From Cyanidioschyzon merolae (lineage: Eukaryota), in NCBI GenBank assembly GCA_000091205.1, contig AP006486.2: a DNA stretch of 64,000 bases, one strand, 5' to 3'. Positions 34,617-43,205 of the stretch are shown here, one piece after another. Every line of letters starts with the position of its first letter. Positions within the stretch are counted from its first letter, which is position 1. The notes below the pieces were generated by a model. It had not been told where the DNA came from and searched no databases. It saw only the letters and a program-made list of their open reading frames with translations. The position numbers and the translations under genes are program-made.

Positions 34617-36707
34617 TTAGGCAGCGCTCATGTCACCGCTGGCCAACTGCTTCTCAACGAGTTGGTAGTAGAATCCTGATGGGCCCAGAGCCATGAGCTC
34701 CGAGTGGTTGCCTTGTTCAACCACGACACCATCCTGCATTACGAGAATGAGGTCTGCACGCGCCACTGTGGACAAGCGGTGGGCAATCACAACGCTGGTA
34801 ACGCCGTCAGAGGCCATCATCCGATCCAGCGCCTCCTGAACGAGAGCCTCGCTCTCTGCATCCAGAGCGCTGGTGCTTTCATCCAAGCAGAGTAGCGTTG
34901 GATGCTTCAGAATCGCTCGAGCGATAGCGATGCGTTGTTTCTGGCCGCCGCTTAACGCCAGACCTCGCTCTCCGACCTCGGTATCCAGTCCATCGGGTAA
35001 TGCCATAACAAAAGAGTACGCATTGGCTTCGCGCAAGGCCTGAATGACCTCCTCATCTGTAGCATCTCGTTTGCCATAGAGAATATTATCGCGGATGGTT
35101 CCAGAAAATAGAACCGGCTCCTGCGAAACAAGCCCAATCTGACTACGCAAGGCGTGAAAGTCGTAGTTCCAGGCGGGCGTACCGTCGAAGAGCAAGAGAC
35201 CGCCGCCTTGCGGTTCGATATCGTAGAAGCGCATCAGGAGCTGAATAATGGTCGACTTGCCGGCACCGCTTCCGCCGACAATAGCGACCGTCTTTCCATT
35301 AGGGATTGTCAGGGAAATCCCTCGTAACACTTCCACGTTCATTCGTGTCGGGTACCGGAAGTGGACGTTCTCGAAGACAATGCCTTGCTTCAGTACCAGA
35401 GGCTGCGTGACGACTTCAGCGCCGGGGTCAGGACGTCGGTACTGTGGTACACGGTCGATCATTGCAAAGAGCTCGCCACCAGCACCGAGTCCGCGGGTGA
35501 CGTCAGGCCAGACCTGAGCCGCCTGACCGACTCCCATGAAGCCGAGTATGGCGCTGAAGAATGCAGTTAGCAAATTACCCAGATTCAGAGAGCCGCGAGC
35601 GATCAGTTGCCCGCCCCACCACAGGGCAAGCGCATAGACACAGAAAATCACCAACATAGACAGTCCAAAGAAGAGACCGTCTGAGATGTAGCGTCGCCTC
35701 CCCAGACGGTACAAGGGATCAAGCTTGCTGCCGTATCGTTGCGTTTCGTAGCGCTCTGCCTCGAAGGCTTTGGTCGTGCGAATATTCGAGAACACCTCCG
35801 CTGCAACCGATCCAGCACTCGCATACGCTTCAGAGCTTCTTTTCGTATTGCCACTCATCTCGATCATCTGGGCGGCACCAGCGAGCACAACCAACGGTGA
35901 GAGCGCGATCAAGACGCCAGTGAGGGCAGGCGCGAATATAAACGCCACGATTATACCGACAACGCATTGGGCGAGATTGAATAAAACCGCACCGAGTTTC
36001 GAGAACGAGTACTGGATGACCTGAACGTCGTTATTCAGCTTTCCACCGAGCTCACCAGCTTTGCGGCGGTCGAAATAAGTCACGTCTTGCTCGACCAGGT
36101 TGCTGAAAGCCGCGACTCGCAGGTCCCGAGCTAGACGTTCGCTTGCGATCCCAAACAAAGCCGTTCTTGACCCGGCTACGATGAACTCGAAGACACCGAT
36201 ACCGACGAATCCAACGGAATACTTCCATGTTTCGCCTTCGATCTGGCTTTTGCTCTTCGTGAAAACTTGAAACATTCGACCGAATACAATCGCGAACGCT
36301 GGTAGCGTTGCTCCTTCCAAAATAGAAGCAATGAATCCGATAACAATCATAGTTGCAGACGAGCTCCAGGCAAGCGCGAAGATTCGCCGTGCAGTCACGC
36401 CCGTGGTGTAAGCGCTCTCCGGACCAGAGGCCTTTGCCGCCTTTTTAGGGTCGCCTGCCTCGGGATCTTCACCAGCAGCCGACGGGCGTGCCCAAAACCG
36501 CCACCAACGTCGGTTAGGTGTGTCCTTCTCCTTCAATTTCAAACTTGGAAAAGATTCTTGAAACGCGGTCGCCTCCGAACTGACCGCAGTGTCCGGCGAC
36601 ACCGGGTCCGTCTCGTAAATTGAGCTGCTGAGGGTTCGCTCGCGGTGGTTTTCACCAACGCTGCTGTAGTTCGCTGTTTCAAAGCTTTGCGCTGCGTGAG
36701 CGTTCAT
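34617..36707 (-). CDS. ABC transporter, ABCB-type half transporter (TMD then NBD)
   Basis: ATG at 36707 (minus). Six TM helices are followed by Walker A VAIVGGSGAGKSTIIQLL, the ABC signature LSGGQKQRIAIARAIL, Walker B LLCLDESTSALD and the H-loop VVIAHRLST. Confidence 0.88.
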   Translation of the reverse strand: MNAHAAQSFETANYSSVGENHRERTLSSSIYETDPVSPDTAVSSEATAFQESFPSLKLKEKDTPNRRWWRFWARPSAAGEDPEAGDPKKAAKASGPESAYTTGVTARRIFALAWSSSATMIVIGFIASILEGATLPAFAIVFGRMFQVFTKSKSQIEGETWKYSVGFVGIGVFEFIVAGSRTALFGIASERLARDLRVAAFSNLVEQDVTYFDRRKAGELGGKLNNDVQVIQYSFSKLGAVLFNLAQCVVGIIVAFIFAPALTGVLIALSPLVVLAGAAQMIEMSGNTKRSSEAYASAGSVAAEVFSNIRTTKAFEAERYETQRYGSKLDPLYRLGRRRYISDGLFFGLSMLVIFCVYALALWWGGQLIARGSLNLGNLLTAFFSAILGFMGVGQAAQVWPDVTRGLGAGGELFAMIDRVPQYRRPDPGAEVVTQPLVLKQGIVFENVHFRYPTRMNVEVLRGISLTIPNGKTVAIVGGSGAGKSTIIQLLMRFYDIEPQGGGLLLFDGTPAWNYDFHALRSQIGLVSQEPVLFSGTIRDNILYGKRDATDEEVIQALREANAYSFVMALPDGLDTEVGERGLALSGGQKQRIAIARAILKHPTLLCLDESTSALDAESEALVQEALDRMMASDGVTSVVIAHRLSTVARADLILVMQDGVVVEQGNHSELMALGPSGFYYQLVEKQLASGDMSAA

Positions 36708-37600
36708 AGTACATATGACGGAAAAACGTATCTTCTTCCGTTACGACACGCAAAATAAGAAACGTCGTCGTCACTAGAACACAAACGACTGTTCACACCA
36801 GACGTAACGCTTTGGCAACCCGAAGGTAACGCGAACGATGCGACGCTCGGTACTGTGCTCTGTACCCAGCATCAAATCTGCGGCAGATTCCGCATCGCCA
36901 CAGAGAGGCGTTTCTGTGGACACCGTCGGTTGACCCGCGTGTGTTCGACGCGAGCATCCGCGGTGGTGGTGGTGGTGGTGGCAGCGGCAGCGGCGGCGGT
37001 GCTGGTGATCAGACAGCGCCCCCCGCGGCTCAAAATTTCGACGCTGCGCGCGAGGCGACCGTTCCTTCCGGCGCTGTGTGGATTCCCTGCCCGATGACAG
37101 CACGTTTCCGTTGACCACGGATGCCGGCATTCGGGATGGATATTCGCTTTCGGGAAAGCGTCTACTAGGAAGCACCTACCTTCAAGTTCCATTCCCCGTA
37201 CTTCGTCTCGTATGCACTGGTCGTTTCGTATGCTCTGTCGTGTGCCGAGTGCCTGCCTCGAGCACTCGCCGTAGCGCTTATACCGCTGAAGCAGGTGCTG
37301 CACGGAGACAGAACGGCGTTGCCATACCGCAGAGGGCGTCGGCTCGCGGAATCCTACATGTGACACGCAATCACGGCGAATTCTCATTCCGGGAGCCTGC
37401 AAGATGCGCAGTCAGAAGCGCTGCCTGCGATAGCGCGAGGCGATAGACGAAGAGTCCACTGGGACCTGGGCGACGCCCAGATGCAGCATCCTGCTCCTAC
37501 TCCCGAGCTGAACGAAATTGTGAACGAGTTGCTCAGATCTGACTAAAGTACCTGCCACTGGGAGAAGCATGAAGCACGAGCCTGGGATCCTGTCTTAATT

Positions 37601-39757
37601 GATATATCAAGTATCTATCAGAGCGAAAGTTGCGGGTGGGCATGAGAAACCGTGCGTCGAGTCGTACTCCGTGAGTATCATAAAGGCTTCCTCAGGAATA
37701 ATGCTTTTGGTGAAGGCGATGTATCGCGACTTGACGCAGATCGAAACAGTCGAGGTTTCGGAGGAGGAATTTTTCGACAAGAGCTTTCATCGTCACCTGA
37801 TGCTTGGCACAGGGGAAGCGCGGAGCAAAAAATAAGTGAGTGCACGCCCTCCACGAACACCACGCCGAATACCGCTTCAGCGGTGCTCCATACAGGGGTG
37901 ACTCGCGAATTTACGAATACGCGGCGATGGAGTACCGCACGAACCTGAAGAATCACGTGGTCGTGAAACTCGAACGTTTCATGATACGCTCCATCTTTGC
38001 GTAGTATCCGGGCCTCTCTCGCAAAGGAATATGCGCGATCATCGACAGCATCACGAACGATTGTCAGCATGAACAGGAGATCGAATTCGTCGACAAGAAG
38101 GCGTCATATAGGAGAAGGAATGAGGTTTCTGTAATCCGCGCCACTATTGAAGAGAACCGTGCGGTCTTGGGGCCGGCGAATCCAGCAGAAAAGGTATCAG
38201 ATATGAAATAAACATGGAAAAAGATGTTATCCTTTAATTCTGCTCGATTTCGTATTTTTGGACCGAGAATCCGAACGCAAGGCGGAGATGAAGCTGAGTG
38301 AGGAAAAAATGAAGAGTGGGAGAGACGGAAGGCTGTCCGAATGGGGAAGCGCTTCAACGTCGTTCCAATGTGCAACATCAAGTCACATTTTGTGACTGTC
38401 GACTCCAGAATCCTTCATGACTTCATGAAAGAGATCAGTCCCGAGCTCAATGTTAGCAGGGAGGGGTTCTCCGGCGAAAACCGGGTGACGTTCTGCAAGA
38501 GAATCTTCGATTTCAAACGTCTCAATGTGAGCAAACAAGGGGTATTACTGGGATGATCGAAACCGATGTAGTGGCCATGTGTGTACACTAGCGGCGCTTG
38601 AAGAAAGATCGTCCAGTTCCGTCTGTGACGAAAGATGAAGATAAGAGGAAGGCGGATCCTGCGACACAGAAAGTTCAGGATAACTTTTTTGTCGTTGGCG
38701 CAGACCCTGGGAATACGAATATCATAACCATCGCTGTACCCAAACGTGCGGAAGATGGTACTGACGGCAACTTACGTCAGAAACACATACGTCTTTTGAG
38801 GTTCTCGAGAGCGAGATACTATCGAGAATCCGGTATAATGAATGCAAGGAAGAAAATTGATACGTGGAATGCAGGAATGAAGGATCACCTCGAAGTTTTG
38901 GGCGAGGTGACGAGTCGAGGAGCGGACTTTGAAGCTTTTCGGAAATTCATGGAAATACGCGTTGCTCATTGGGATGCCTTGTGGGAGGAGTGTACCAAGC
39001 CCCGGTGGGCTCGTTTGCGTATGAATCTGCACTGTGGGAAGCAGCGGGCGTTTGCCAACTTTTTCAATCAGTTGAGCGCTCTGAAGAGGAATGAAAGTCA
39101 GAGGCTCGTAGTAGCGTACGAAGCAGGGCGCTGGAAGACCCAAAAGGGGACCACGCCAGCCCCAACGATAAGAACGTACAAAGAGTGCGCAAGGCGTTTT
39201 GTTACGATACCTGTAGATGAGTTCCGAACGTCCTATACACATCACGAACTGGGGTGTACACTTCAGAGGGTCGAGATGGAAAGGTGCCAGCGGACCCCTG
39301 AGGATATCGCAAAGTATGGACCGCTGACGGAAGAGCAAATGGAAAGGATGGCGAAAGTTCGTGGACTGCTTGCATTAGGAAGCACCATCAATGGCAAGAA
39401 ACGTATGGAGTTTGTGAGCCGGGACTTTAACGCCGCGATCAATGTAACGATATGCGCAGCGATGGAAAGGAGACCTCCAGAGCTGAAACGAGAGAACTTT
39501 ACTGGACAATCACTCAAAGTCGAACTATATGAGAGAAAGTTGGAGGCAGTAGTCGCTGGCCCGCCGAGCAAGGCTGGGAGGCATCTGCACATCCGTTGGA
39601 GACTTCTTGTCCTGGGCGAGTTTCTCGCCACCACTGTACACTGCCGGCAGCAACGTTTTTTCTTTTGGAAGTTGTGTGTCGTCGTTCTGGCACTGGAATG
39701 GAGTTCATTCACGACGCCTTCGGACGAGGCGTACGTTCGTTATCCCACTTGAATATC
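37601..39757 (+). mobile_element. Putative Fanzor/TnpB-bearing transposon-like insertion (~2.16 kb), AT-rich 5' half
   Basis: There is a sharp GC-to-AT shift at ~37595. The left end GATATATCAAGT (37601-37612) and right end ACTTGAATATC (39747-39757, reverse complement GATATTCAAGT) form an imperfect 11/12 inverted repeat with one indel. The right inverted repeat overlaps the ORF stop (TGA 39750-39752). GC-rich host sequence resumes after 39757. Confidence 0.4.
38598..39752 (+). CDS. TnpB/Fanzor-like RuvC nuclease (OMEGA family); RuvC D-E-D triad intact; N-terminal WED/REC region not in this ORF (possibly intron-split or degraded upstream)
   Basis: RuvC-I FFVVGADPGNTNIITIAV (Asp codon 38703-38705). 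TnpB-like helical linker ARLRMNLHCGKQRAFANFFNQLSAL. RuvC-II LVVAYEAGRW (Glu 39120-39122). YKECARRFVTIPVDEFRTSYT with a degenerate zinc ribbon (HHELGC…RC). RuvC-III SRDFNAAINV (Asp 39423-39425). The track start is TTG, with no in-frame ATG before residue 79. Confidence 0.65.
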   Translation: MKKDRPVPSVTKDEDKRKADPATQKVQDNFFVVGADPGNTNIITIAVPKRAEDGTDGNLRQKHIRLLRFSRARYYRESGIMNARKKIDTWNAGMKDHLEVLGEVTSRGADFEAFRKFMEIRVAHWDALWEECTKPRWARLRMNLHCGKQRAFANFFNQLSALKRNESQRLVVAYEAGRWKTQKGTTPAPTIRTYKECARRFVTIPVDEFRTSYTHHELGCTLQRVEMERCQRTPEDIAKYGPLTEEQMERMAKVRGLLALGSTINGKKRMEFVSRDFNAAINVTICAAMERRPPELKRENFTGQSLKVELYERKLEAVVAGPPSKAGRHLHIRWRLLVLGEFLATTVHCRQQRFFFWKLCVVVLALEWSSFTTPSDEAYVRYPT

Positions 39758-39780
39758 CAGTGGGTGCGCACAAGGCGCTG
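39480..39780 (+). ncRNA. Candidate omega-RNA (Fanzor guide RNA) scaffold overlapping the ORF 3' tail and right end; the guide would derive from flank 3' of 39757
   Basis: The ~85-codon post-RuvC-III tail is not protein-like but is conserved at the nucleotide level with the relic copy. One block, tttctcgccaccactgtacactgccggcagcaacgttttttcttttgg, versus tttctccgcactactgtacactgcctgcagcaacttttgtcttttga, is ~88% identical over 47 nt. A local stem cctcag/ctgagg lies at 39845-39890. Placement follows TnpB/Fanzor biology. Confidence 0.3.
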
Positions 39781-42700
39781 AGCTGCTCCATTTTTTGTGT
39801 GCAGCGTGTTCAGATGATGCATGCTGCAGTTTTTCGATATTCATGCCTCAGGGTAACGCTGCGCAGCATGTCGACATCCTGTCTGAGGGCACGAAAAAGT
39901 CGGCAGCGTCGTTCGACGTGTTCAAAAGCTCGTGCCGCATCAAGTTACGGGCACCACACGATTCATAAATCCGCATCATTTCGTTGCCGTCGACGAAACC
40001 GCATGCGACATCCCCATCGTATTGCTCCGGGGATATGCAACCGGGCGTTTCCGTCTCTTCTGTTTCCATGGAAAAGGATCTCACACTCGGATTTCCCACA
40101 TTGCAGCAATCGCTTCCCATGGAGCATGCGTCACTGCTCTGCACGTTAGCAGCATCGACGGATCGAAGGTTATTGATGCGATCTCCGGTCTGGAGTTCGC
40201 TTCTGGATTTTGTCTCATCAGGATTGACATTGACTTTTACAAATCCCTTATTGAATGCGGTAGTGCGCGAATGCCCGATAACGTACTCGCCGAGGCAATC
40301 GCTCAGAAGAAGCAGGTCGTTTCAGGGTAAACCATTGGGTAAGGGAACCGAAGGCATCTACAGGGACCTCGCAAAAGCGTAAACGGTGCGATGAAACCAG
40401 TCTGAGCGCGCCACGGGCTGGTACTCGTAGCAAGTTGTATGGTCGGCGTACCGGACCACCTGACTGCATCCACGTGTCACCGCTGAGGAGGGCGCTCCAA
40501 AGCTGTCCACAAAGAGTACGAGAATGGCACGCAAGCCGTGTGTCGGAACTTTCGTCTGTGCAAGCAATGCGTCGTCAACGGACGTAAGCAGCGTGATCAT
40601 GAATTGACCGCTGTCATCATGATCATCATCATCCTTCGAATGCAGATCACGGAGCTCATGTAAAGGCTCAGACTGGCGTATTCGAAGCCCGAGCGAACCG
40701 AGTGAAACCGAAAGCAGTCACGGGAGAGATGTCCGCAAAGGCTGGTGCGAATTACAATTGGAAGAGACCCAAACTCCATCGTTTATGCCCGTATTCGAGG
40801 ACCTATTCCGTGTTATGCTGACATATGTCTAGTCGCTTTGTTGAACGTGAGACTAGTTAAGGGGTTCCAAGCGGTCTCAGCGCATGCATGCCCACAGGAG
40901 CGCGGCTCCACCTGCCTCGCTATTCCTGGAGAAAGCGCTGTCAAGCGAGTACGCTGACGGCTACGCGATCAGACAAGATGCCTCATACGCCGTCTCCATG
41001 AGGCGCTTCGCAGGATCCCCACGGGTGTCGGCTGCGTATGCAACTAGCGTTCAAATGCTTCACCGTTGTCTTTGAGGAATCAAGCAGTTCTACCGAGGTA
41101 AACGTCTTCGTGTATCTAAGTTCGTACCGCAAAATAGCCGCACAAATCCAGGTGTGGTAGCGACAGCTCCGCAATCATAGACGATAAAAAATGAGCATTG
41201 CCTTTTCTAATGAGGCATTTATCGACTCTGCCGCCAAGAGTCACTCGTGATCATGGACGCACGCTCACGAAGCCTTGCACATCGCATGTGAAGAACTCGT
41301 GCTGCGTCCCTTGGGCAAGGAAGCTGCAGGCTTTGCGTTCGAAAAGCCTCAGATTTGGCTATTGTTCAGTTGCCCCCTATCATAAAAACGCATTTCCATG
41401 GTGAACAAGAATATCCCGCCGCACATTGGAATCGATTTTTGTCGATTCCCTGACTTGGCGTTCGCACCGACTTCTCAGCCACAGTTGCCACTCCAGGCAT
41501 CGTCGCACTTGGTTACGGGATTTCTATGGACGACACCCATCGACGGACACCATGCCGAGTCCTATTCTCGATACACGAACCGCTACACCACCGGAACATG
41601 GTCATGCGTTCGTGAGCATGCAAGTGCAGGCATTGTGACCCGCGCATATGCGCCACGTTCCCAGTCAAGACGATTCGTTAGCGTCTATACATCTGCGAAT
41701 TTCGAACCACCACATATATTCCCCATAAAGAGCCGACTCGATCGCAGCGAGCACGCCTCGCAATGATCTCGCATTCACCAGCTTCGGCGTTTTGGCAGGA
41801 TGCTCCTGGTGTCGTGTTCGGCAGGGAGCGTAGATCAGGACAGGCGGTCTCATTTAGAGAAACGTACATGAATCTCTACGCTTTGCCAGGTTGGAATTGG
41901 ATCCGTACGGTTTCGGATGCAGCAAGAGTCGCAGCACAACCAGCCGATTCATGATGGTCAATGATCGGCAGTTTCCAGCCTTGGTCGCGTCGCTGATGCG
42001 CATTGGCAAGCGTTGTGTACGCCCCCGGTTGAAAAAGGTGCATCCGTAGACCGCGAAGATGCTGACACGGAAACGTAAACAAGGCCAGTAGGCATCAACT
42101 ATTGCTACTGGAATCATGGCACTTGAGAGAGCAGCGCATACCCGCTTCTGTGACTTGGTGCTTTGGGCGGAACCGCACTGTACGCACTTTCTGGGCTATT
42201 CGGGCCAATGAATATCGAAACAGAACATAAGATCCAGAAGAGCTCGTCGTGAAGGTGCTCAGTTCCAACCAGGTCAAGAGTCGCGGGAGCCGATGAATCG
42301 CATCAGAACTTGAGTCAGCAAGAACGTAGCGCAACTGCTCCAGCGTCGTCGCTAACCTTGTTTCACAGACTCCGTTTGCGACGTTGTGACAGCTTCGTAT
42401 CACGACTCCATACGTTGAGCAAAGAGCGTGCAGGTCTCGTGCTTGCGCTAGCGGAACGCACGAACTCGGCGATGACTCTTGCGGACGCCAGTCGCGAGTA
42501 TACAGTTGTCTTCCATCGCTCAGCACTGTCGTTCCTCCAGCGATGGAAACAAAAAACTCTCCTCAAACAAGAGCATCTGAAAGCTATCAACCTGGTTCCA
42601 AAAAAGTTCCACCAGAGAACCGTTTCATTGTATACCTTGTCTAAAACGTTCGACAACTCGCCCGTCAAGCGGCTCAGAGGCGAGCAACTCGTCTACGACA

Positions 42701-43205
42701 ACAACAACGCTTTCGCAGGACGGTCGCCGCGGCTCCACAACGTTTTGTTTCAGCGTTTTGCAAAGTCTCTCGAAAGCACGCCTTCTGGAAACGAATCGCG
42801 AACGTTTCGCTGGTGCAAGTGAAGAGCTCTGGGTGTTTGGTACTCCGACAACTCGAGTGCTCTGGGGAGCGCCTCGGTCAGCTCCAGAGCGTACCACCGA
42901 AAAGCTCTAGCCAGGTTCGCAGAGGCAGGTACCAAGCGAGGCGCCTCGAAAGCTGCAGCCAGCACCAATTTTACGTACACGCTTCGCTACTGATCAAACA
43001 GTGGCAGCGCCTACGTCCTCGAAGCACCAAGGGCAAGTCTGTAGACGAGCGCGCTCCGCCACCGACAGACGCTGTGCGTCGTTCGAAGCGAACGCTCACA
43101 GAAAGAGGCGAAACAACGTCACCTGTCAAGCAGGCGTTTAACGGAGAACGCATCCCAGTGGTGGACACTGTCGTACTCAGCGTGTTTTGAGGTCGTAAGT
43201 GGCCC

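Noticed and set aside
37613-38597. IS607-type serine recombinase (TnpA) upstream of the Fanzor-like gene
   Set aside because: I looked for the Y-x-R-V-S-T-x-x-Q catalytic motif and the resolvase core. Only a weak FVDKKAS resemblance to F-x-D-K-x-S-G was found, in a stop-interrupted frame, so the call is not supportable.
39848-40144. The 98-aa minus ORF just beyond the Fanzor element right end, as a possible partner gene such as an IS200-type TnpA
   Set aside because: No HuH (HxH…Y) motifs. The translation is not protein-like, and it lies outside the element boundary.
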